Shown here in pieces: positions 1 through 11,510 of a stretch of DNA of 64,000 nucleotides (positions are counted from its first letter, which is position 1; every line of letters starts with the position of its first letter). The position numbers and the translations under genes were made by a program. This DNA is from Candidatus Rokuibacteriota bacterium. GTDB lineage: Bacteria > Methylomirabilota > Methylomirabilia > Rokubacteriales > CSP1-6. Where the stretch lies: contig QHSC01000080.1 in NCBI GenBank assembly GCA_003220345.1, positions 5,999 to 69,998 on the forward strand. The letters run 5' to 3'. Under the pieces are notes generated by a model. That model made no database searches. It was not told the DNA's origin and worked only from the letters and a program-made list of their open reading frames with translations.

Positions 1-1107
1 GATGTAGCCGATCCTCTCCGCCACCCCCGCCTGATGGACGGCCGCGATGGTGTCACCGCCCCCGATGACGGAGAAGGCGGCGGAGCTCGCCACCGCGCGA
101 GCCGTGCCGAGGGTGCCCGCGGAGAAGGGCGCCTTCTCGAAGACGCCCAGCGGCCCATTCCACACGATGGTCCGGGCGGAGGCCAGGGTGGCCGCGAACT
201 GGGCGACGGTGACGGGACCGATGTCGAGCCCCATGAGGTCGCGGGGCATCTCTCGGACGCTCGCCACGCGAATGCCCGCCACGCTGTCCGGGCCCGGCGC
301 TACCACGAGGTCCACGGGCAATCGCACACGCACGCCGAGGGCGCGGGCGCGCCCGAGGATCGCCCGGGCGGCTTCGACCCGGTCGGGCTCGAGAAGCGAG
401 CGCCCCACACCGTGCCCGAGGGCGACGAGAAAGGTATAGGCCATGCCGCCGCCGATGAGGACGGCGTCGACGCGCGCGAGCAGATGCTCGACGAGGCCGA
501 GCTTGTCGGAGACCTTGGCGCCGCCCAGCACGGCCATGAAGGGACGCTCGGGGCTCTCGAAGATGCGCCCGAGGGCCTCGAGCTCGCGCGCCATGAGAAG
601 ACCCGCCGCCGCGGGATGCAGGATGCGAGCGATCCCCTCCGTGGAGGCATGGGCGCGATGGGCGGCGGCGAAGGCGTCATTCACATAGACGTCGGCCAGG
701 GAGGCGAGCCGGCGCGCGAAGCCGGGATCGTTGGCCTCCTCCTCGGCGTGAAAGCGCAGGTTCTCGAGCAGCACCACCTCGCCCGGCTTGAGGGCGGCCG
801 CGGCGGCCTCGACCTCGGGCCCGACGCAATCGGGCAGGAGAGGAACGGGGCGGCCGAGCAGCTCCTCGAGCTTGATCGCGACCGGGCGGAGCGAATAGTG
901 GGGGTCTGGTGTGCCCTTGGGGCGCCCGAGATGTGAGGCGAGCAGGACGGCAGCGCCCGCCTTGAGACACAGCTCGATGGTGGGGAGGGCGGCGCGTATG
1001 CGCGTGTCTTCGGCGACGCGCCCGTCCTCCAGCGGGACATTGAAGTCCACGCGGAGGAACACGCGCTTTCCCGCGAGCTCCACGCGATCGACGGTGAGCT
1101 TCGACAA
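1..1107 (-). CDS. pgk: Phosphoglycerate kinase (3' end runs off window start)
   Basis: Manual translation from TTG at 1107 gives MSKLTVDRVELAGKRVFLRVDFNVP, the PGK N-terminal signature; directly downstream of gap; missing from the ORF track because there is no stop in the window. Confidence 0.95.
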   Translation of the reverse strand, partial: MSKLTVDRVELAGKRVFLRVDFNVPLEDGRVAEDTRIRAALPTIELCLKAGAAVLLASHLGRPKGTPDPHYSLRPVAIKLEELLGRPVPLLPDCVGPEVEAAAAALKPGEVVLLENLRFHAEEEANDPGFARRLASLADVYVNDAFAAAHRAHASTEGIARILHPAAAGLLMARELEALGRIFESPERPFMAVLGGAKVSDKLGLVEHLLARVDAVLIGGGMAYTFLVALGHGVGRSLLEPDRVEAARAILGRARALGVRVRLPVDLVVAPGPDSVAGIRVASVREMPRDLMGLDIGPVTVAQFAATLASARTIVWNGPLGVFEKAPFSAGTLGTARAVASSAAFSVIGGGDTIAAVHQAGVAERIGYI

Positions 1108-1108
1108 G

Positions 1109-2113
1109 CTAGAGCGACTTCGACATGTACCGGATAAGGTCTTTCACCCGATTCGAGTAGCCCCACTCGTTGTCGTACCACGCGAGGACCTTGACCATGC
1201 TGCCGTCGATGACCGCGGTCGAGGCGAGGTCCACGATGGAGGAGTGCGGGTTGCCGTTGAAGTCCACGGAGACGAGCTCCTCATCCGTGGCGTCGAGGAT
1301 GCCGTGCAAAGGCCCGCTCGCCGCGGCCCGGAAGGCGTCGTTGACCGCCTGGGCGCTCGCCGGCTTCTCGAGCTCGGCGGTGAGGTCGACCACGGAGACA
1401 TTGGCGGTGGGCACGCGGATAGCGAGCCCGTCGAGCTTGCCCTTGAGCTGGGGCAGCACGAGCCCCACCGCGGTGGCCGCGCCCGTGGTCGTCGGGATCA
1501 TGCTCACCGCGCCGGCGCGCGCGCGGCGGAGATCCTTGTGCGGGAAGTCGTGGATGGGCTGGTCATTGGTGTAGGAATGCACGGTGGACGCGAAGCCCCG
1601 CTTGATGCCGAAATTGTCGAGCAGCACCTTGGCCACGGTGGCGAGGCAATTGGTCGTGCACGAGGCGTTCGAGACGAGCTCATGACGGGCGGGATCGTAC
1701 TTCTGCTCGTTGACCCCCAGGACGATCGTGATGTCCGGATCCTTGGCGGGCGCCGTGATCACCACCTTCTTGGCCCCGGCCTGGAGGTGCTTGGTCGTGG
1801 TCGCCTTGTCCCGGAAGACGCCGGTGGACTCGACCACGATGTCCACCCCGAGCTCGCTCCAGGGCAATGCCGCGGGGTCCTTGGCGGAGCACACGCGCAC
1901 CTCGCGGCCATTGACGAAGATGGCCTCGCCCTTGTGGGTGACCTCGGCGTTGAGGATGCCGTGGACGGAGTCGTACTTGAGCAGGTGGGCCAGGGTCTTG
2001 GCATCCGCCAGGTCATTGACGGCGACCACCTCGAGCTCCGGCGCCGTGAGCGCCGCGCGGAAAAAGACCCGGCCGATACGCCCGAATCCGTTGACGCCGA
2101 CTCGCACACCCAT
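1109..2113 (-). CDS. gap: Glyceraldehyde-3-phosphate dehydrogenase type I
   Basis: GVNGFGRIGR, ASCTTNCL and WYDNEWGY motifs; start trimmed to ATG 2113. Confidence 0.98.
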   Translation of the reverse strand: MGVRVGVNGFGRIGRVFFRAALTAPELEVVAVNDLADAKTLAHLLKYDSVHGILNAEVTHKGEAIFVNGREVRVCSAKDPAALPWSELGVDIVVESTGVFRDKATTTKHLQAGAKKVVITAPAKDPDITIVLGVNEQKYDPARHELVSNASCTTNCLATVAKVLLDNFGIKRGFASTVHSYTNDQPIHDFPHKDLRRARAGAVSMIPTTTGAATAVGLVLPQLKGKLDGLAIRVPTANVSVVDLTAELEKPASAQAVNDAFRAAASGPLHGILDATDEELVSVDFNGNPHSSIVDLASTAVIDGSMVKVLAWYDNEWGYSNRVKDLIRYMSKSL

Positions 2114-2174
2114 GATGGACTCCTTGATGGTGATAATTGAGGATTGGCGATGACTTCCGCCTACTGGGACCCTG

Positions 2175-2204
2175 ATTATAGGGGCCAAGCGCGGGGGGGC
2201 GCAA
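2175..2204 (-). promoter_or_regulatory. Sigma70-type promoter for gap-pgk
   Basis: TTGCGC-N18-TATAAT on the minus strand upstream of gap. Confidence 0.65.
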
Positions 2205-2211
2205 GCATCTA

Positions 2212-2442
2212 CCGGGCACGGTACGGGGCCAAGTTCCGAGCCACATCTGCTCAGCCCTCGCCTAGGGCTTTTCCCTCAGCTCGAACCACCACGCCCGAGG
2301 GAGCCGGCAACGCGAGGCGTACGTAGGTGTACGTTGAGCGTTGCTGGCGACCGAGAACGCGGCCGTTCGAGCCGAGCCGCTCTGCCGCGAGGCGAGAGCT
2401 AAATAGAACTGGCGAAGGAAATTGGCCGCGTAACCTGCCCGG
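2212..2442. repeat. Rod-like palindromic dispersed repeat, family A copy 1
   Basis: Long imperfect inverted repeat with apex GCGTAC-N6-GTACGT; colinear with 33554-33770 with compensatory substitutions. Confidence 0.85.
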
Positions 2443-2443
2443 G

Positions 2444-3250
2444 TCAGTCGACCCGCGCGACTGTCAGCACCCCCACCGCGGCCGCGCCCGCGCGGGTCAG
2501 GCAGCGGGCGCATTCTCCCGCCGTGGCTCCCGTGGTCAGAATGTCGTCGACGAGCAGCACGTGACGGCCGACGATGAGCTCAGGCCGGCGCGCGACGAAG
2601 GCGCCCCGGACGTTCTGGCGGCGGGCCGCGGCGTCGAGGTCGGTTTGCGGCGCGGTGGCCGTCGCTCGGCCGAGCGCATCGAGGGCAACGGGTACGCCCC
2701 AGACCTGCCCGAGGCGCGTGGCGAGAAGGGCCGACTGGTTGTAGCCACGCGCTCGCTCGCGGCGCGCGTGGAGCGGTACGGGCACGAGCAGATCGGGCGC
2801 GGCTCCCGGCAGCGCCCCCAGGCCGAGCTCGGCCAGCAGCTCGGCGAGCGGGGCCGCCAGGGCGCGGCGGCCGCCGAACTTGAAGGCGTGAAGCGCCTCC
2901 CGCGCGATGGGTCCATAGCGCACCGCTGCCCGCGCATACGAAAATGGCCTCCGTCGCGTCCGGCACTCGCCGCAGAGCCCCTCGATGGACAGCGCGACGC
3001 CGCAGCGTCGGCACCATGGAGGCGCGAGGCGCTCGAGACCCTGCCAGCATGTCCCGCACAGCGGATCGCGGCGGCCCGCCCCGAGCGGCGCCTGACACAC
3101 GGGACAGAAGGGTGGGAAAAGCAGGTCGAGGGCGGCCGTGAGCCATGGCCAGACGTGGGAAGGCTTCGGAAGGGGGACGGAGCCCTCTTCCGAGCTACCT
3201 AGGGGCGCGACGTGTTCCAGCGCCGGCACGACGGGCAGCGCTCGATCCAT
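2444..3250 (-). CDS. comF: ComF family phosphoribosyltransferase-like protein (start uncertain)
   Basis: LDLLFPPFCPVC double Zn-ribbon, RGYNQS, VLLVDDILTTGAT; nearest in-frame ATG (3250) overlaps the upstream gene. Confidence 0.88.
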   Translation of the reverse strand: MDRALPVVPALEHVAPLGSSEEGSVPLPKPSHVWPWLTAALDLLFPPFCPVCQAPLGAGRRDPLCGTCWQGLERLAPPWCRRCGVALSIEGLCGECRTRRRPFSYARAAVRYGPIAREALHAFKFGGRRALAAPLAELLAELGLGALPGAAPDLLVPVPLHARRERARGYNQSALLATRLGQVWGVPVALDALGRATATAPQTDLDAAARRQNVRGAFVARRPELIVGRHVLLVDDILTTGATAGECARCLTRAGAAAVGVLTVARVD

Positions 3251-4485
3251 CGGCCGTGCTCCGCGCCGCAGGAGGCGCAGCGGTGCGGCCACTCGAAGGT
3301 GCCGGTGGACTGGAGCGCGCGGCGGTACTCCAGCAAGGCCTCCGCCGGCTGTCCCCGGCGCTCGAAGATGGCCCCCAGGTAGGCGTGCAGGCCCGGAAGG
3401 TCCGGGGCGCGCACCTCCACCTTCTGGAACTGGTCGGCCGCCTCGTCGAGCATGGCGAGCTCGAAGTAAACGCGGCCGAGGGCGAAGGCGAGGGCGAGGC
3501 TTTCCGGAGCGCGGGCGCTCGCATCCTGGTAGAGGGCGATCATCCGGGTGGGCCGCCCTCCGTCGCGATAGAGCTGCTCGACGCGCGCCAGGAGGGGCAG
3601 CGCGGGATTCGTTTCGAGCGCACGCTCCCAGACGCGGAGCGCCTCTCGACTGTCACCGCTCCGGAGATGCGCGTCGCCCAGGGCCACGGTGGCGGGGAGG
3701 AAGTCCGGCTCCGCGCGCAGCGCCTCGCGGAAGCGGCCGATGGCGGGCTGAATCTGCCCCTGCCCCAGGAGCGATCGGCCGAGCTCGAAGTAGATCCCCG
3801 CCAGCCAGGCCTGCTCGGTCGATCGCTCGGCGGGGCTGGCGGATGCCTCGAGGCGCTCCTGAGCCTGCAGGGCGCGCGTCCAGTCCCCGCGCTCCGCGCT
3901 CAGATCGCGGAGCGCGCGCATGGCGGTCAGGTGGTCCGGCGCCTTGACGAGCAGCCGCTCGAGCATGGCGGCTGCGTCGTCGGGCCGGCCCGCGCGCCGG
4001 TAGTCTTCCGCAGTCGCCAGCACGAGCTCGGGACGGTCGTCCGTGCGAAGCGCGTCGAGGTGGTGCACGAGGGCACCATGGGCGTCGCCGCGCTCGAGGG
4101 CCATCTCTCCCAGGCGCGCGTGGGCCTGGGCGTGATCGGGGAACCGCTTCAGGAGCTCGCCATAGGCCTGGATAGCCGCCTCCGGCCGACCGGAGAGCTG
4201 GGCATCTACGCCGCGGTGGTAGAGATCGTCGAGCGATTCCGATCGCCGCGCGTCGCGGGTGCGCTGATAGTCGGCGTAGGTCCGGCGAAGATCCCGGGCG
4301 AGTCCGAACAGGAAGGCGAAAACGGACCCCGCGAGAAAGGCGCCCACCACGAGGGCGACCAGGGGGACGTCCCAGGCCCAGTCCGTGGACAGCGCAACAC
4401 GGACACGGGTGGCATTCACCGAGGCGAGATACGCGACAGCCGCCCCGAACGCCAAGGCCACGAAGACGCCGGAGCGAACGGACAC
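3199..4485 (-). CDS. lapB: LapA-LapB-like fusion (N-terminal TM segments, TPR repeats, C-terminal rubredoxin-like domain)
   Basis: Two hydrophobic segments then TPR repeats; C-terminal CASCG...WIERCPSCRRWNT; GTG start 4485. Confidence 0.75.
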   Translation of the reverse strand: MSVRSGVFVALAFGAAVAYLASVNATRVRVALSTDWAWDVPLVALVVGAFLAGSVFAFLFGLARDLRRTYADYQRTRDARRSESLDDLYHRGVDAQLSGRPEAAIQAYGELLKRFPDHAQAHARLGEMALERGDAHGALVHHLDALRTDDRPELVLATAEDYRRAGRPDDAAAMLERLLVKAPDHLTAMRALRDLSAERGDWTRALQAQERLEASASPAERSTEQAWLAGIYFELGRSLLGQGQIQPAIGRFREALRAEPDFLPATVALGDAHLRSGDSREALRVWERALETNPALPLLARVEQLYRDGGRPTRMIALYQDASARAPESLALAFALGRVYFELAMLDEAADQFQKVEVRAPDLPGLHAYLGAIFERRGQPAEALLEYRRALQSTGTFEWPHRCASCGAEHGRWIERCPSCRRWNTSRP

Positions 4486-4508
4486 GGCGGTGGGCGAGGG
4501 TACCCGCG

Positions 4509-4874
4509 CTATCCCGCGGCCGTGCGCTCTTCTTCTTCGACGGCCCGCTGGCAGTCGATGCAGTAGCGGGCGAAGGGCAGCGCCTCGAGGCGCTTGTCCG
4601 CGATGGCCTCGCCGCAGCGCTCGCAATCTCCGTAGCTGCCCTCATCGAGCTTCTGCAGCGCGGAGACGACTTCTTTCAGGAGTCGCTGCGTGCCGTTGCC
4701 GAGCTCGAAGAGAAACTCGCGGTTATAGGACGTCGCGGCCTGGTCCCCGAGGTCCTTCGTCGAATCGTCATCCGGGCCCTTGCCGTAGAGCACGTTCTTG
4801 CCCACTTCTTCGACGAGCTCACGGTGCTTCTCCTCCAGCTTCTTCCGGAACTGCGCGACACGATCCTTCTTCAT
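4509..4874 (-). CDS. dksA: DksA/TraR C4 zinc-finger protein
   Basis: DLGDQA (DxxDxA) coiled-coil tip; YGDCERCG...RLEALP...CIDCQ. Confidence 0.88.
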   Translation of the reverse strand: MKKDRVAQFRKKLEEKHRELVEEVGKNVLYGKGPDDDSTKDLGDQAATSYNREFLFELGNGTQRLLKEVVSALQKLDEGSYGDCERCGEAIADKRLEALPFARYCIDCQRAVEEEERTAAG

Positions 4875-4923
4875 CACTGTCTCCTCCACGACACGGCGAA
4901 CGATTCGCCGGAATTAGACGCGA

Positions 4924-4952
4924 AGGCTACCACGCCCTCCGAGGGAAATCAA
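4924..4952 (-). promoter_or_regulatory. Sigma70-type promoter for dksA
   Basis: TTGATT-N17-TAGCCT with upstream TG. Confidence 0.5.
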
Positions 4953-5320
4953 TCGCGCGGCCGCGCCCCGACCTCGACGGAGAGGAGCGGCGCGTCTCCC
5001 CACAGGCGCTCGAGCGCGTAGAACTGGCGAGTCTCTTCGAGAAACACGTGCACGACCACGTCGACGTAGTCCAGGAGCACCCAGCCGCTCTCCGCGCCGC
5101 CTTCCTGGTGGCGAGGTCGCGAGCCCTCGGCCTTGAGGGCGGCCCGGACGGCGTCCACGATGGTGTCGGCCTGGGTCGTCGAGCGCGCGCTGCACACGAT
5201 GAAGAAATCGGCCACCGTGGACAGGCCCTGCAGGTCGAGCACGACGAGGTTCTCAGCGTTCTTGTCGAGGGCGGCTTTGGCGGCGAGACGCGCGGTGGCC
5301 TCCGCGGACAGGGCGACCAT
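4949..5320 (-). CDS. rsfS: Ribosome silencing factor RsfS
   Basis: DKNAENLVVLDL, WVLLDYVDVVVHVF, YALERLW; next to nadD. Confidence 0.95.
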   Translation of the reverse strand: MVALSAEATARLAAKAALDKNAENLVVLDLQGLSTVADFFIVCSARSTTQADTIVDAVRAALKAEGSRPRHQEGGAESGWVLLDYVDVVVHVFLEETRQFYALERLWGDAPLLSVEVGARPRD

Positions 5321-5943
5321 CAGGCTCCGGGTCCGTAGAGGCCGTGCGCGCGGATGTACGCCGCCACCGCTTCCGGCATGCGATAGGCCAGGCTGCGTCC
5401 TTCGCGAGCCCGCCGGCGCAAGTCGGAGCCCGAGATGGGCAGAGAAGCCGCGCGATGGAGAATCGGGCCGTCCGGGGCGCCGAAGGCGCCCAGCCCGAGC
5501 TCGGCGAGCACCTTCTGGGCCGCGGGAGCGTCGGGGTCGAAGTCGGCGCCCGTGCGCGGCACCACCACGAGCCGGGCGAGCCGGGCGACCTGGCGCGGCT
5601 CGCGCCAGCTCAGCAGATCGAGGAAGGTCTCCGAGCCGATGAGCAGGAAGAGCTCGCCTTCCGAGGCCAGCGCGCTCAGGGTGTCCACCGTGTACGACGG
5701 ACCGGACCGGCGCAGCTCGATGTCGGAGACGGCGAAGCGCGGATGCTCGTGGACGGCGAGGGCGGTCATCCGATAGCGATGCTCGACCGCCGCCAGCTCG
5801 GAGGCGGGCTTGTGGGGCGGCTGGGCCGCCGGCACGAAAAGGACCCGGTCGAGGCGGAGCGCTTCACAGATGTCGTCGGCGAGAAGGAGGTGTCCGAAGT
5901 GGATGGGGTTGAAGGAGCCTCCGAAGACGCCGACCGTGGGCAC
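5320..5943 (-). CDS. nadD: Nicotinate-nucleotide adenylyltransferase
   Basis: FGGSFNPIHFGH, SYTVDTL, ISGSDLR. Confidence 0.95.
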   Translation of the reverse strand: MPTVGVFGGSFNPIHFGHLLLADDICEALRLDRVLFVPAAQPPHKPASELAAVEHRYRMTALAVHEHPRFAVSDIELRRSGPSYTVDTLSALASEGELFLLIGSETFLDLLSWREPRQVARLARLVVVPRTGADFDPDAPAAQKVLAELGLGAFGAPDGPILHRAASLPISGSDLRRRAREGRSLAYRMPEAVAAYIRAHGLYGPGA

Positions 5944-5951
5944 CGGTACCG

Positions 5952-7210
5952 CTACTCCCGCACCTGGCCGTCACCCATGACGACGAACTTGGTCGTGGTC
6001 AGCTCCCGCACGCCCACCGGCCCGCGCGCGTGCAGCCGCGATGTCGAGATCCCCATCTCCGCCCCCATGCCGAACTGCGAGCCGTCGACGAGGCGCGTGG
6101 AGGCATTGACGACCACGGCCGCCGCGTCGATCTCCTGGGTGAAGCGCCGCGCGCGGCGGAGGTCCGAGGTGACGATCGCCTCCGCGAGCCCCGAGCCATG
6201 GCGCCGGATATGGTCGACGGCCTCCTCGAAGCTCGCCACCACCCGCACGGCCAGGATGTAGTCGAGGTACTCCGTGTCCCAGTCGCTCTCCGCGGCCGGC
6301 CGCGCCGCGGGCACCAGCGCGCGCGTGCGCTCGCAGCCGCGCAGCTCCACGCCCGCGGCCTGGAGGCGGACGGCCGCCGCGGGCAGGAAGCCCTCGGCCA
6401 CCGCCGCGTGGACGAGGAGTGTCTCCGCCGAGTTGCACACGCTTACCCGCTGCGCCTTCGCGTTCACCACGATCGCCGCGGCCATCTCCAGATCGGCGCT
6501 CTCATCGACGTAGACGTGACACAGGCCCCTGTCGTGCTTGAGCACGGGCACCGTGGCCTTCTCGGCGACGAGGCGCACGAACTCCTCCCCCCCGCGAGGA
6601 ATGATGAGGTCGATGTACCGGTCGAGGGTGAGCATGCTCATCACGGCCGCGCGGTCAGCGGTGTCCAGGACCTGCACGGCCTCCGCGGGAAGGCCGGTCT
6701 TCTCCACCGCCCTCGCCAGCACCTGGGTGATGGCCGTGTTGGAGTCGAGCGCCTCGCTCCCGCCTCGCAGGAGCACCGCGTTGCCCGACTTCAGGCAGAG
6801 CCCGGCCGCATCCGCCGTCACGTTGGGACGGGACTCGTAGATGAACCCGACGACGCCGAGAGGGACACGCACCCGCGAGATCTCGAGGCCATTGGGCCGC
6901 CTCCACGCGTCCACGGTCTCCCCCACCGGATCCGGGAGGGCCGCGATCTGGCGCAGGCCCGTCGCCATCTCCGCGATGCGGGCCTCCGTCAGGGTCAGGC
7001 GATCGAGAAAGGCGCGGGTCAGCCCCGCCGCGCGCCCGCGCTCGAGGTCGCCGCGATTCGCCTCGATGATGGCCGCCGTCTTCTCCTCGAGCCCGCGCGC
7101 CATCTGCTGGAGCGCCTCGTCCTTGGTCCGGGTCGAGGCGAGAGCGAGGGCCCGGGCCGCTGCCTTGGCCGCCCGCGCCTTGCCGGTGACGTGCGCCGCC
7201 GCGTCCATGA

Positions 7211-7217
<7 letters not shown>
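5952..7217 (-). CDS. proA: Gamma-glutamyl phosphate reductase
   Basis: VPLGVVGFIYESRPNVT, GAEMGISTSRLHARGPVG. Confidence 0.97.
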
Positions 7218-9378
<2,161 letters not shown>

Positions 9379-9636
9379 TTAGGCGGGCTGCTGGGCGATG
9401 CTGACGTACTTGTCGTCGCCCTTGCGCTCGAAGCGGACGTATCCGTCGGAGGTGGCGAACAGCGTGTGGTCGGTGCCGAGCCCGACATTGGACCCCGGCT
9501 TGAACCGGGTGCCACGCTGCCGCACGATGATGCTGCCGGCGGTCACGAACTGCCCGCCGAAGCGCTTGACGCCGAGCCGCTGGGCATTGGAATCGCGGCC
9601 GTTGCGAGAGCTGCCGACGCCCTTCTTGTGTGCCAT
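9379..9636 (-). CDS. rpmA: 50S ribosomal protein L27
   Basis: [16 protein letters not shown]. Confidence 0.99.
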   Translation of the reverse strand: MAHKKGVGSSRNGRDSNAQRLGVKRFGGQFVTAGSIIVRQRGTRFKPGSNVGLGTDHTLFATSDGYVRFERKGDDKYVSIAQQPA

Positions 9637-9640
9637 GTCG

Positions 9641-9952
9641 CTATGCCTCGATCTTGGTGATGCGGACCGCCGTCATGATCTGCCGGTGCCCGCGCTTCCG
9701 CCGGTAGTTCTTCCGTCGCTTGAACTTGACCACGAGGACCTTGGCGCCCTTCTTCTCGGCCACGACCTCGCCGGTGACCCTGGCCGAGGCGAGGGCCTGA
9801 GGCTCGGCCGTCACCTGCCCGTCCTTGGTGACGAGCAGCACGTGCTTGAACTCGACCGAGGCGCCGGCCGACTTGGCCAGTCGCTCGACCTTGATCACCT
9901 GCCCCGGGGTCACCCGATACTGCTTGCCGCCCGTCGCGATCACCGCTTCCAT
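9641..9952 (-). CDS. rplU: 50S ribosomal protein L21
   Basis: [22 protein letters not shown]. Confidence 0.99.
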   Translation of the reverse strand: MEAVIATGGKQYRVTPGQVIKVERLAKSAGASVEFKHVLLVTKDGQVTAEPQALASARVTGEVVAEKKGAKVLVVKFKRRKNYRRKRGHRQIMTAVRITKIEA

Positions 9953-10066
9953 GAGCCGCTGGCCTCTTCCTTTACGTTAATGGATGGTGCCCCGTGAACT
10001 GACGCGAGCGCTCATCAAACCACACACGCGGCACGAAAGTCAAGCATGACGGCACCTTAGCCGGTG

Positions 10067-10717
10067 TCAGGCAGCTTCGAGATAGCGGGCCAGGCGTTCG
10101 CGAAGGAAGAGGCGCGAGCGGTGCACACGAGACTTCACGGCGGGCAGGCTGATGTGTAGGGTCTCGGCGATCTCCGGATTCGAGAGCCCCTCGACATCGT
10201 GCATGAGAAACGCCGTTCGATAGTCCGTGGGCAGATCGTTGATGGCCGTGGTCAGCACCGTCCGCAGCTCCGTCTGCAGCGCGGGCTCCTCGACCTTCCC
10301 CGACCAGTCCGCCACCGGCTCGATATACGGGCGCTGCTCGTCGACTCCGGGCGAGAGGGCATCCCATGACACTTCCTGGCGCCGGCTCTTCCGCGTGCGC
10401 AGCTTCTGGTAGGCGGCGTTGGCGGTGATGCGATAGACCCAGCTGCCGAAGGCCGACTCGCCCTTGAAGGTGTCGATCTTCCGGGCCGCCGTCCATAGCG
10501 CATCCTGGACCACCTCTTCAGCGTCCTGCTCGTTGCCGGTGATACGAATGGCCAGGCGATAGACGCGATCGCCGTACGTATCGAGCAAGTGCTCGGTCGC
10601 GTCCTCATCGCCGCGGCGTAGACCCGCCACGAGCGCGGCGTCACGGTCGACGCGCACTGTGCCGGTAGGAACCTGCTTTTCGGGCTCAGCCATCGCTTCC
10701 GCCTGGGGCGCGCTCAT
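10067..10717 (-). CDS. ECF sigma-70 factor
   Basis: Region 2 DAEEVVQD...FGSWVYRITAN; region 4 EGLSNPEIAETL...VKSRVHRSR. Confidence 0.92.
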   Translation of the reverse strand: MSAPQAEAMAEPEKQVPTGTVRVDRDAALVAGLRRGDEDATEHLLDTYGDRVYRLAIRITGNEQDAEEVVQDALWTAARKIDTFKGESAFGSWVYRITANAAYQKLRTRKSRRQEVSWDALSPGVDEQRPYIEPVADWSGKVEEPALQTELRTVLTTAINDLPTDYRTAFLMHDVEGLSNPEIAETLHISLPAVKSRVHRSRLFLRERLARYLEAA

Positions 10718-10775
10718 CGAATCTCCCCGGTGCCCGTGGGGGCACGTCCTCTCTTCCTCTGGTCAGGGCCTTGAA

Positions 10776-11402
10776 TCAGGATTTCGCATACAGCGTCAGG
10801 TGCTGCTTCAGCTCGTCCACGCACTTTTCCATGACCCCGATGTCCTTGGTCACTTTGGTCATGAGGATGGCGCCTTCGAGGGCGGCCACGAGGAAATGCG
10901 CGGCCCGCTCCGGGTTGCAGTCGGCCCGGAGCTCCCCTCGTGCCTGCCCCCGCGCCAATGCCTCGGTGAGCGTGCGCCGCCACTCCGCGAAGATCTGGGC
11001 CAGCCGCTGCCGGAACCCCTCGTGCACGTCGGACAGCTCGGAGGCGAGATTGCCCATGGGGCAGCCGCCGACGCAGTTCCGCTGGCGCTGATTGTCCAGC
11101 ACGAGATCGAGGAAACCCTCGATCTGACCCATGACGTCGGGCTCGGGATCGGCGAAGGCTGGCTCGAGGGTTCGCGCGAGAAAGGCCGTCACGAGGCGCT
11201 CGATGATGGCGTAGCCGAGGTCTTCCTTGCTCCTGAAGTGGTAGTAGAAGTTGCCCTTGCCCACCCCGCTCTCACGCAGCACGTCGTCCAGCGACGTGCA
11301 GTGATAGCCCTGAAGGTGGATGAGACGGCTCGCCGCGTCTAGGATCTGGTCCCGCGTGGCGGCGCCCTTGGCGCTCTTCGTCTCGGCCAGCATCTGCGGC
11401 AT
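10776..11402 (-). CDS. TetR/AcrR family regulator (NemR/LmrA-like)
   Basis: TetR HTH GKGNFYYHFRSKEDL; GCPMGNLASE. Confidence 0.92.
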   Translation of the reverse strand: MPQMLAETKSAKGAATRDQILDAASRLIHLQGYHCTSLDDVLRESGVGKGNFYYHFRSKEDLGYAIIERLVTAFLARTLEPAFADPEPDVMGQIEGFLDLVLDNQRQRNCVGGCPMGNLASELSDVHEGFRQRLAQIFAEWRRTLTEALARGQARGELRADCNPERAAHFLVAALEGAILMTKVTKDIGVMEKCVDELKQHLTLYAKS

Positions 11403-11438
11403 GGCTCCCCCTACTGGGACTCTCGCCAGGAGATTTTG

Positions 11439-11485
11439 TACCAAACGGTCGGTAAAAGGCTAAACCACACTTCTAGATCTGTCAA
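11439..11485 (-). promoter_or_regulatory. TetR promoter with a candidate autoregulatory operator
   Basis: TTGACA(11485-11480)-N17-TAGCCT; imperfect palindrome TACCGACCGTTTGGTA (11454-11439) just downstream of the -10. Confidence 0.6.
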
Positions 11486-11510
11486 TCCCGGCAATGTTAA
11501 ACAAGACGAG

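Noticed and set aside
2212-2442. 6S RNA or SRP RNA identity for family A
   Set aside because: Multiple copies including a coding-region remnant; no large central bubble or SRP GNRA/AGCAG motif recognised. An Rfam scan is still advisable.
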